Origin: Dehalococcoidia bacterium
GTDB taxonomy: Bacteria; Chloroflexota; Dehalococcoidia; Lucifugimonadales; UBA3495
NCBI GenBank assembly: GCA_963664375.1
Contig: OY761449.1
Coordinates: 1,547,087-1,611,086 of the forward strand
DNA: 64,000 nt
Direction of reading: 5' to 3'
Shown here: positions 27,260-34,886 of the stretch, piece after piece
Position numbering within the stretch: the first letter of the stretch is position 1
Layout of the letters: each line of letters begins with the position of its first letter
Notes under the pieces: model-generated
What the model was told of the DNA's origin: nothing
The model's database searches: none
The model's input: the letters and a program-made list of their open reading frames with translations, nothing else
Translations under genes and position numbers: made by a program

Positions 27260-28102
27260 ATGCCAACCCAGTCCACCCCAAAAGTTTCCCAGGCGCTCAG
27301 CCAATTCGAGACCGACCCGAATAGAAAAGGCAAGAAGGACGCCAGGGAAGGCAGCCAGGAATTGAGGAAGTTCCTGAGATGGAGTGGAGACCGGGAGGTG
27401 GGTAGGTTCACACCCCACGACATGGAGCAGTACGCCAAGGAGGTGGGCCAGAGTGGGGCCGATTCGGCGCAACAACGCCTCCAGCCGGTCAAGGCCTTTG
27501 TGGAATACTGGAAGACCCAGGGCTGGACCGACAAGAAACTGGCTACCCACCTGCGGCCGCCCCGCAGCAAGACCCGGGGAACCTCAAGGTCGTCGGCCCG
27601 CCCCGCCGCTCCCCGGCCCGCTGATGACGAGCCGACGTACCTTTCTCAGGAAGGCTACGACCGGATAGTGCAGCAACTGGAGGAACTCAAGGCTGACCGG
27701 GTGACTGTGACCCAGGAAATCCGGAGGGCGATGGCCGACAAGGACTTCCGGGAAAACGCGCCCCTGGATGCGGCCAAGGAAAGGCAGGGGCGGATCGAAA
27801 CGCAGATACGTCAGCTCGAATCCACCGTTGCCAACGCCCGGATCCTGTCCGGCTCGGACAACGGCGGCGTGATTGCGCGTTCCGCCGTGGGCACGCGCAT
27901 CACCGTAAGGGACAAGGATTCCGGCGAGACGCTGGACTATACCCTGGTGGACGCCCGGGAGGCGGACACCGGCCTGCGGCGAATATCGATCCAGTCTCCC
28001 GTTGGGCAGGCCCTGCTGGACTTGGGGACAGGCGACGAGGTGGCGGTTCCCACCCCCGCGGGAACGCTGACCTACGTGGTGGAGAGCATTACTTCAGTCT
28101 AG
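27260..28102 (+). CDS. greA: GreA-family transcript cleavage factor with ~120-aa N-terminal extension
   Basis: The C-terminal ~160 aa form a GreA coiled-coil (LSQEGYDRIVQQLEELKADRV....AMADKDFRENAPLDAAKERQ) plus the FKBP-like domain (ISIQSPVGQALLDLGTGDEV). GGAGG RBS lies upstream of ATG 27260. The N-terminal extension is not typical of GreA. Confidence 0.8.
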   Translation: MPTQSTPKVSQALSQFETDPNRKGKKDAREGSQELRKFLRWSGDREVGRFTPHDMEQYAKEVGQSGADSAQQRLQPVKAFVEYWKTQGWTDKKLATHLRPPRSKTRGTSRSSARPAAPRPADDEPTYLSQEGYDRIVQQLEELKADRVTVTQEIRRAMADKDFRENAPLDAAKERQGRIETQIRQLESTVANARILSGSDNGGVIARSAVGTRITVRDKDSGETLDYTLVDAREADTGLRRISIQSPVGQALLDLGTGDEVAVPTPAGTLTYVVESITSV

Positions 28103-28126
28103 CTGCGTTGCGACCCTGGAAAGTCA

Positions 28127-28160
28127 AATAGGGGCGCACTTAGCGCGCCCCTATTCTTTG
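28127..28160. terminator. bidirectional terminator hairpin between convergent greA-like and prx genes
   Basis: An 11-bp stem AATAGGGGCGC/GCGCCCCTATT is followed by cttt. Confidence 0.65.
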
Positions 28161-28191
28161 TGCCGGATCGTGTTCCGTGTTACGGAAGAGG

Positions 28192-28659
28192 TTATGAGTT
28201 CAGCTTCGCAACCTCTTCAATGATGTCGTTCGGATCAGGCAACTGGCCGGGCACGTAAGTCTCGCGGAACCTGATTACTCCGTCCTTGTCCACGATGATG
28301 ATTGCCCGGTTGCCCGCCCCACGCTCCGCGTTCCACAGGTCGTAGGCCATGGTGGTCTCGCCCTTGGGATGGAAGTCGGAGAGCTCTGGGTAGGGCAGCC
28401 CGCCCATGGCCGTGCTCCATGCCTTGTGAGAGTGTACCGTATCGCAACTGATGCCCAGAACCTGGGCATTGTTCTCCTCGAACCGGCCGTGAGCCTGCCG
28501 GAAGAGGGTGGCCTGGCTGGTTCAACCGGAGGTGAAGTCAAAGACGTGGAAGGACAGCACCACCGTCTTTTCCCCGCGGTACTGGCCCAGGGTTATTTCA
28601 CCGTGGTCGGGGGATGGCAGTTTGAAATCCGGGGCTACATCGCCAACTTCTGCAGGCAT
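28192..28659 (-). CDS. peroxiredoxin (AhpC/TSA-BCP type) with in-frame UGA at the peroxidatic position: probable selenoprotein
   Basis: ATG 28659 is preceded by aaaggag. Reading through TGA (28524-28522) gives a 155-codon frame. It reads MPAEVGDVAPDFKLPSPDHGEITLGQYRGEKTVVLSFHVFDFTSG[U]TSQATLFRQAHGRFEENNAQVLGISCDTVHSHKAW... and joins ORF 28192..28407. The TGA sits exactly where Prx proteins have Cys in the FT..C motif. Confidence 0.8.
28481..28518 (-). promoter_or_regulatory. candidate bacterial SECIS hairpin
   Basis: The mRNA from +4 to +41 after UGA (AGCCAGGCCACCCUCUUCCGGCAGGCUCACGGCCGGUU) can pair AGCC(A)GGCC with GGCCGGUU. This leaves an apical region containing CCGG about 20 nt from the UGA. 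It was folded by eye only. Confidence 0.35.
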
Positions 28660-28818
28660 ATCCACACTCCTTTGGATTAGGGCAAAAAGGGAGCTTCCCC
28701 CCTGTTCGCCGGTTGGATTATAACGCAGAATTGTCCGGCGTGTTATACAGGAACGGGACAGGCAGCGGTGCTATACTGCCGGGAGAATGCTGGACGCAGT
28801 GTCAAATAGAGGGACAGC

Positions 28819-29808
28819 GTGGAGGTAGTGTTTGACCGGGGAATATATCTCCCCGAACTTGATCTGTGGCTGGATTCCACCCGAAAGCGCGCAAGCAGCG
28901 TCATATCGCACGCTCATTCCGACCACACGGCGCGGCACAGCCGCCCGATTGTCACCCCCAACACTCTCCTGCTCCTCCGCGATTACCTGAAAAAGGCCGA
29001 TCCCATCGTGCTTCCCTACGGCGAACCGCTAGAGACCGAAACCCACACCATCACCTTGCACCCGGCAGGACACTGCCTCGGGTCGGCGCAGACGCTGGTC
29101 GTCTCCAAGACTACGGGGCACCGGCTGCTTTACACCGGCGACATCAAGACGCGCTCCAGCCCGACCAACGAACCGGCAGAGCCGGTGCAGGCCGACACGC
29201 TGGTCATCGAATGCACCTACGGCCGGCCGGAGTACGTCTTCCCCAGCCAGGAGCAGACGCTGTCCACCGCCACCCGTACACTGCAAGCCTGGCTGTCCAG
29301 AGGCGAGCGGCCCGTTGCGCTGGGCTGGCGGCTGGGCAAGGCGCAGGAGATGCTATACCACCTGCTGTCGGATGGTTTTGAGGTAGTGGCGGAGGAAGGA
29401 ATCTACCGCGCAGTCGAAGCCTACCGGGAGGCCGGTGTTGAGCTTCAGGGCAACGTAACCGCATTCGACGGTCACTGGCCCGATGGCGCCGTGGCCCTCT
29501 TTCCTCCGGGAAAGAGCGTGCAGGCACTGAGGGGATTTCGCAATCAGCGAACGATGGAGTTGACCGGCTGGGCGGTGTCGGAGACCAGGCATCACTGGCA
29601 CCGTCCCGCCGACGCAAGCCTGCCCTTCAGCGACCACGCCGACTACAACGACCTGCTGGCCTACGTGAAGGCAGTGAACCCGAGCCGGGTGTACACGGTC
29701 TACGGCTTTCCCGAGTTTGCGGCCAAGCTGCGCTCCTTGGGGTACCCTGCGGTGCATCTGGACGGCAAGGGCGGCGGAGGTGAAGGGTTTCAGATGGGGT
29801 TGTTGTAG
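28819..29808 (+). CDS. MBL-fold/beta-CASP exonuclease (ligase-associated DNA-damage-response exonuclease type)
   Basis: GTG start. IYLPELDLWLDS......VISHAHSDH resembles the N-terminus of the ligase-associated exonuclease family. HAD and H motifs occur later. Confidence 0.7.
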   Translation: MEVVFDRGIYLPELDLWLDSTRKRASSVISHAHSDHTARHSRPIVTPNTLLLLRDYLKKADPIVLPYGEPLETETHTITLHPAGHCLGSAQTLVVSKTTGHRLLYTGDIKTRSSPTNEPAEPVQADTLVIECTYGRPEYVFPSQEQTLSTATRTLQAWLSRGERPVALGWRLGKAQEMLYHLLSDGFEVVAEEGIYRAVEAYREAGVELQGNVTAFDGHWPDGAVALFPPGKSVQALRGFRNQRTMELTGWAVSETRHHWHRPADASLPFSDHADYNDLLAYVKAVNPSRVYTVYGFPEFAAKLRSLGYPAVHLDGKGGGGEGFQMGLL

Positions 29809-29829
29809 GGCTTCGCAGCGAAGTTGAGG

Positions 29830-30198
29830 CTAACGCGGTTCTATCAGGACTTCTCCGCCGTCCCATGCCTGAATGGTCACCGTACTGTTTTCGAGGAGGG
29901 CCATACCGATGACAGACTCCCGTCGGGTTTCCAAAACTTCCACAACTGTCAATTGCCCATGCCAGGACGCTATTCCTCTATAGATTGGCAGTTGGACTAC
30001 ATCACCATTTGCAAGGGCAGAGTTGCGAGAACCCATCGGAATCAAACCCAACCTCCGAACCACAGTCGATGGCAATGCGATGTCTCCATTGTATCCGCTG
30101 TCCAAAACGCATTGGAAATAGTGTAGGTCATGGGCAGCATCCTGGACCCCAACTCGAACGGTGGCTTCTAGAAGCCAGTTAACCCTCCCATTCATCAT
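29830..30198 (-). CDS. retropepsin-like clan AA aspartic protease
   Basis: 122 aa. CVLDSGYNGDIALP and VIGMALLENS motifs are typical of the small archaeal/bacterial clan AA family. It overlaps the upstream small gene by 20 nt. Confidence 0.65.
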   Translation of the reverse strand: MMNGRVNWLLEATVRVGVQDAAHDLHYFQCVLDSGYNGDIALPSTVVRRLGLIPMGSRNSALANGDVVQLPIYRGIASWHGQLTVVEVLETRRESVIGMALLENSTVTIQAWDGGEVLIEPR

Positions 30199-30481
30199 CG
30201 TCCGATATCCAGTTCCTCCCTCCCATGCGATAGGCAGCCAAAAAACCCACTCTTACCCCATAGGTCATTGCTCCCGGGCGTCGTTCAAGTAATCTGTCGG
30301 TGGCAACAATGTCGCGCTTGTCGATTTCGTAGTCGCCCGTTTCGACGTCGATTACTACGAACTTGCCGTAGTGGAGTGGGTCGACCACAGGCTTGATTTT
30401 CTCCTGGTACAGGGCTTCACCTTTCCGGCCAATCTCTTCGGCCCATTGGAAACTGCTGCTCATTGTGACTTCCTCATCCAA
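30179..30481 (-). CDS. small hypothetical protein (DUF5678-like), partner of the retropepsin-like gene
   Basis: 100 aa. YGKFVVIDVETGDYEID pattern. It is translationally overlapped with the downstream protease-like gene. Confidence 0.45.
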   Translation of the reverse strand: MDEEVTMSSSFQWAEEIGRKGEALYQEKIKPVVDPLHYGKFVVIDVETGDYEIDKRDIVATDRLLERRPGAMTYGVRVGFLAAYRMGGRNWISDDDEWEG

Positions 30482-30553
30482 AAACGTATGTGGGAACGCC
30501 TGCGATTATACCGCGAATATGAGGGCGGCCTAACACGTATCGGAAAATCTAGA

Positions 30554-30571
30554 GGCGCACGCAAGTGCGCC
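30554..30571 (-). terminator. terminator hairpin downstream of leuA
   Basis: GGCGCAC-GCAA-GTGCGCC lies 32 nt after the leuA stop and is followed on the minus strand by a tctagatttt tail. Confidence 0.55.
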
Positions 30572-30602
30572 CCTTTCAAACGACCTCGCTACTGTGCGTT
30601 GC

Positions 30603-32171
30603 CTAGTCCGGCGTCGATCCCAGGGCCGGGACGTTGGCCGATTCGTCGGAGGCGAGCTGGCGGTTGACGGCGCTGAGGTATGCCTTGGCGCTGGCAACCA
30701 CGATGTCGGTGTCTGCGCCGCGGCCGGTGTAGGTCTTGCCATCCTTCTCGATTCGGATGGTGACCGTGCCGAGGGAGTCGCGGCCTTCAGTGGCGGCCTG
30801 CACGTTGAAATCCACCAGCCGGTTGACCACGCCGATGGCCCGGTCGATGGCGTTGCAGATGGCGTTGACCGGCCCGTTGCCGGTGGCGGCGTCGGTGATG
30901 GGGATGCCCTCCGGGTCAATCAGCCGCACGGTGGCCGTGGCGATGCCGTGGTCGCCGCCGCTGAACTGCACCTGGTCGAGGGTGTAGCTGATGGGCTCGC
31001 TGGACTCCCGCGATTCCTCGTCCATCAGGATTTCCAGATCGCGGTCGGTGACCTCGCGCTTGCGGTCGGCCAGAACCTTGAACGATTCGAACACCCGGGA
31101 GACTTCCTCGCGGGTCAGGCTGTATCCCAGCGCCTCCAGCCGGGCCTGCAAACCGGCGCGGCCGCTTAGCTTGCCCAGCACCAGGCTGTTGCCGGGCACG
31201 CCGACGCGCTCCGGCTGCATGACCTCGTAGGTGGAGCGGTCCTTGAGCACGCCGTCCTGGTGAATGCCGGAGGCGTGGCGGAAGGCGTTTTCGCCCACCA
31301 CGGCCTTGTTCGCCTGCACCGCCATGCCGGAAATGCGGCTGACCATGCGGCTGGACGGGTAGATCTGGGTGGTGTCTATGCCGATGTCCACCCCGAAGTG
31401 GTCCTTCCGGGTGTCCAGGGCCATGATGATCTCTTCCAGCGAGGCGTTGCCAGCGCGTTCGCCGATGCCGTTGATGCAGCCCTCTACCTGCCGTGCGCCG
31501 GTCTCGATGGCGGTGAGGCTGTTGGCCACGGCCAGCCCCAGATCGTTGTGGCAGTGGACGCTGAGGGTCACGTTCTCAATGCCCGGCACGTTGGTCTGGA
31601 TTTCGCGCAGCAGCTGGGCGAAGCCGTTGGCCGACGGGATGGCGTAGCCCACGGTGTCGGCGATGTTGATGGTGGTAGCGCCAGCCCGGATGACCTCGGC
31701 CAGCATCTGGTACAGGTACTCCGGGTTGGTGCGGGTGGCGTCCATGGGCGAGAACTCGACGTCGGGGCAGTAGCCCTTGGCCCGCTCCACCATGGTCACG
31801 GCCATCTCCATGACCTCTTCCCGATTCTTGCGGAGCTGGTGCATCTGGTGAATCTCCGAGGAGGAGAGGAACACGTGGATGCGGGGCCGCTCCGAGTGCT
31901 CGACGGCGCGCCAAGCCTGGTCTACGTCGTTGGGATGGGCCCGGGCCAGCGAGGCGATGATGGGTCCCTTGACCTCGCGGGCGATGGCGGAAACCGCCTC
32001 GAAGTCGCCGGGGGAACTGGCGGCGAACCCCGCCTCGATGATGTCCACGTTCATCCGCTGGAGCTGCCGGGCGATTTCCATCTTTTCGGCGCCGGTCATT
32101 CCGATGCCAGCCGACTGCTCGCCGTCGCGGAGGGTGGTGTCCAGGAGCAGAACTTTGTCGTTGCTTGCCAT
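30603..32171 (-). CDS. leuA: 2-isopropylmalate synthase
   Basis: 522 aa. LLDTTLRDGEQSAG and HCHNDLGLAVANS motifs plus a LeuA dimerisation/regulatory C-terminus. Confidence 0.95.
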   Translation of the reverse strand: MASNDKVLLLDTTLRDGEQSAGIGMTGAEKMEIARQLQRMNVDIIEAGFAASSPGDFEAVSAIAREVKGPIIASLARAHPNDVDQAWRAVEHSERPRIHVFLSSSEIHQMHQLRKNREEVMEMAVTMVERAKGYCPDVEFSPMDATRTNPEYLYQMLAEVIRAGATTINIADTVGYAIPSANGFAQLLREIQTNVPGIENVTLSVHCHNDLGLAVANSLTAIETGARQVEGCINGIGERAGNASLEEIIMALDTRKDHFGVDIGIDTTQIYPSSRMVSRISGMAVQANKAVVGENAFRHASGIHQDGVLKDRSTYEVMQPERVGVPGNSLVLGKLSGRAGLQARLEALGYSLTREEVSRVFESFKVLADRKREVTDRDLEILMDEESRESSEPISYTLDQVQFSGGDHGIATATVRLIDPEGIPITDAATGNGPVNAICNAIDRAIGVVNRLVDFNVQAATEGRDSLGTVTIRIEKDGKTYTGRGADTDIVVASAKAYLSAVNRQLASDESANVPALGSTPD

Positions 32172-32367
32172 TTCTTCCTATACCTCAAATTTCCTTTCTG
32201 AATTTTGTTTCGTGATGACCGATACCGCTAACTGCGGTGTTCAGAAAGGCACGGCAGGGTCACGTAGTCCACCACACCCAGCCCGGCCAGGACCAGCGTG
32301 TGACGGTGAACTACACTCAACGTCTCCTGCTGCATAGATTTTCGCTCCTCTGATTGGCTTGCCGCTT

Positions 32368-33066
32368 TCAGTGTTCGGGTTTGAGACGGCGCAGTTGCTC
32401 CCTGAGCCGTTCCGCTTCCCTCTGGGCCTCGTCGCGTTGGGCCTTCAGTTCCAACTGCGTGGGCAGGTAAATTCCCTCTACCGGGTCGTAGAAGAGCAGT
32501 TCCTGGTCCACCCAGCACAGGGCCAATTCCAAAGTCGGGCTGTAGCCCCAAATCATCCCGTCCGTTTCCAGGGTTGTCGGAAAAGGCACGTAGGAGCCGT
32601 CGACCAGCCGGTCTCCGGCCAGGGCAACGTCGTGATATTGCCCACCGGAGTAGTCGAAACGCCAGTATTCGCCGACGCCCAGACTGGCGTAACTTACCCT
32701 TTTTTGTATGTAGTCCCGCTTTCCGGTAGTCTTGGAAGCCACTTCCAGGACGAACTCCGGCGGCTTGCCTACCTCGCTGATGACGTAACCGTTGCTGTCG
32801 GTGATGCGCCTGGCGTCCACGTCGAAAGCTACGACACAGTCGGGGTGCGGCGAACGGCGGGCGTCCCGCCGCTCCCGGCAGAGGTAGCCTTGCCCGTTGA
32901 CCAAGACACGCTCGCGGCGTCCATGGAACCAGGTCTCCAGCGTCTGGTCTGTACGGGCGATATGCTTGTTCTGTTGCATATCGTAGCTTCGCGGCGGGTC
33001 AGGCAGTGGCTCAAGGTCTTCCTGCCCCCCCCTCAATATCGTTCCCAATGACCGTTCGGTAGTCAT
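32368..33066 (-). CDS. Uma2-family (DUF820) endonuclease
   Basis: PDCVVAFDV......GKPPEFVLEVASKTT..RDY..K...Y..LGVGEYWRFD. Start taken at MTTERS. It lies between ilvC and leuA on the same strand. Confidence 0.75.
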   Translation of the reverse strand: MTTERSLGTILRGGQEDLEPLPDPPRSYDMQQNKHIARTDQTLETWFHGRRERVLVNGQGYLCRERRDARRSPHPDCVVAFDVDARRITDSNGYVISEVGKPPEFVLEVASKTTGKRDYIQKRVSYASLGVGEYWRFDYSGGQYHDVALAGDRLVDGSYVPFPTTLETDGMIWGYSPTLELALCWVDQELLFYDPVEGIYLPTQLELKAQRDEAQREAERLREQLRRLKPEH

Positions 33067-33195
33067 CGTGGCCCTCCAGTCGACCGGCGGCGCCCCGTAT
33101 TGGGCATTTCTCCATGAATTGGAACGAAGGACGGGCGGCGCCACGGTCAAATTCAGAACGGCGAGCCAATGGCTTTTGCGCTTGTTGCCACCAAT

Positions 33196-34191
33196 CTACT
33201 TGGGGTCCATCCAGGGCATCATGCCGCGCAGTTCCTTGCCGATGCCTTCGATGGGAGCGTTCTGCGCGGCCTCGCGCATGGGCACGAATCGGGGGCGGCC
33301 CTCGTCGTTCTCCGCGATCCACTCGCGGGCGAAGGTGCCGTCCTGGATTTCCCGCAGCACCGCGCGCATGTTCTCGCGGACGTGCTCGTCGATGATGCGG
33401 TCGCGGCGGCTGAGCGAGCCGTACTCGGCGGTGTCGCTGACCGAGAAGTGCATGTAGTTGTGGCCGCCCTGGTACATCAGGTCGACGATCATCTTGAGCT
33501 CGTGCAGGCACTCGAAGTAGGCGATCTCCTGCGGGTATCCGGCCTCGACCAGCGTCTCGAAGGCGGCGTTGACCAGGGCGGTCACGCCGCCGCAGAGGAT
33601 GCTCTGCTCGCCGAACAGGTCGCTCTCGGTCTCGTCCTTGATGGTGGTCTCCAGCACGCCGGCTCCGGTGCAGCCGATGCCCTTGGCGTAGGCCAGGCCG
33701 ATCTGCTTGGCGTTGCCGGTGGCGTCCTGGTGCACGGCCAACAGGCTGGGAACGCCGACGCCTTCGACGAACAGTTCCCGCATGCGGTGGCCCGGGGCCT
33801 TGGGCGCGACCATCATCACGTCCATGTTGTCGGGAAGCACGATCTCGCGGTAGTGAATGCTGAAGCCGTGGGCCACCATGAAGGCGCTGCCCGGCTTGAG
33901 GTTGGGCGCGATCTGGTCGCGGTAGATGCGGCCCTGGATGTGGTCGGGGATGACCATCATGATCACGTCCGCCTCTTTCGCCACCTCGGGCACATCGGCG
34001 ACGCGCAGTCCCGCGCCCTCGGCCGTAGCGATGGACGAGCTGCCGGGGTACAGGCCCACCACTACGTTTTGGCCGTTGTCCTTCAGGTTCAGGGCGTGGG
34101 CGTGGCCCTGGCTGCCGTAGCCGATGATGCCGATGGTCTTTCCTTCGAGAACTCCCAGGTCGGCGTCCTGGTCGTAGTAGACGTTTACCAT
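33196..34191 (-). CDS. ilvC: ketol-acid reductoisomerase
   Basis: [40 protein letters not shown] is the class I KARI signature. Confidence 0.95.
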   Translation of the reverse strand: MVNVYYDQDADLGVLEGKTIGIIGYGSQGHAHALNLKDNGQNVVVGLYPGSSSIATAEGAGLRVADVPEVAKEADVIMMVIPDHIQGRIYRDQIAPNLKPGSAFMVAHGFSIHYREIVLPDNMDVMMVAPKAPGHRMRELFVEGVGVPSLLAVHQDATGNAKQIGLAYAKGIGCTGAGVLETTIKDETESDLFGEQSILCGGVTALVNAAFETLVEAGYPQEIAYFECLHELKMIVDLMYQGGHNYMHFSVSDTAEYGSLSRRDRIIDEHVRENMRAVLREIQDGTFAREWIAENDEGRPRFVPMREAAQNAPIEGIGKELRGMMPWMDPK

Positions 34192-34230
34192 ATTCGACTG
34201 TTCCTTCCTTATCCTAGTTTGATGCTGCCC

Positions 34231-34257
34231 CGTCATTCCCGCGGAAGCGGGAATCCT
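34231..34257. repeat. REP2 hairpin element
   Basis: cgtcattcccgcggaagcgggaatcct lies in the ilvN-ilvC spacer. Confidence 0.75.
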
Positions 34258-34276
34258 TGTTGCCTTGAAGAGGACG

Positions 34277-34311
34277 CCCTCACCCTAACCCTCTCCCGAA
34301 GGGAGAGGGAA
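34277..34311 (+). repeat. REP1 hairpin element
   Basis: gccctcaccctaaccctctcccgaagggagagggaa lies in the ilvN-ilvC spacer. Confidence 0.8.
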
Positions 34312-34321
34312 CTCTTGGGAG

Positions 34322-34885
34322 TTATATCCCGCTGTCCATCCGAATTGTACTCACTGGAACACCCAGGTTTTCCGCTTCCATGCCGCTTTCCTGGCCCCGC
34401 ACCATGGCCACCAGCCCGGTGCGGACCATTTCGGTGATGCCAAAGGGATGCAGGAGGTCCTCCAGGGCGTTTACTTTCTGCTCGCCGCCGGTGATTTCGA
34501 TCACCACGTAGGTTGAGCCGACGTCAACGATGTTCGCGCTGAAAAGCTCGGCGAACTGCATTATCTCGCCGCGGGTCGAGGGACTGGTGGTCACTTTCAT
34601 GAGCGCCAGTTCCCTGGCCACCACCTGGTGAGTCGAGATGTAGGAGACCTGGATAACGTCGACCAGCTTGTCGAGCTGCCGGGTTACCTGTTGTACGGTG
34701 GGCAGGTCGCCGTTGACCACGAAGGTCATCCGGGACATCCCCCTCTTTTCGCTGCGGCCGACCGCCAGGCTTTCGATGTTGAAGCCGCGGCGCCGGAACA
34801 TGCTGGAGATACGGGTCAGCACCCCCGGCTTGTCCTCCACCAGGGCGATGATGGTGTGCTGCTCCGGCTGGGATGACTGCACCAT
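34322..34885 (-). CDS. ilvN: acetolactate synthase small (regulatory) subunit
   Basis: The HTIIALVEDKPGVLTRISSMFRRRGFNIESLAVG ACT domain. Its ATG lies 1 nt after the ilvB stop. Confidence 0.9.
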   Translation of the reverse strand: MVQSSQPEQHTIIALVEDKPGVLTRISSMFRRRGFNIESLAVGRSEKRGMSRMTFVVNGDLPTVQQVTRQLDKLVDVIQVSYISTHQVVARELALMKVTTSPSTRGEIMQFAELFSANIVDVGSTYVVIEITGGEQKVNALEDLLHPFGITEMVRTGLVAMVRGQESGMEAENLGVPVSTIRMDSGI

Positions 34886-34886
34886 C

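Noticed and set aside
28235-28541. Interpretation of the split peroxiredoxin as a frameshifted or nonsense pseudogene
   Set aside because: There is no frameshift, because both halves are in the same frame. The only interruption is a single TGA aligned with the catalytic Cys position, which favours Sec recoding. Pseudogenisation remains the fallback if no Sec machinery exists in the genome.
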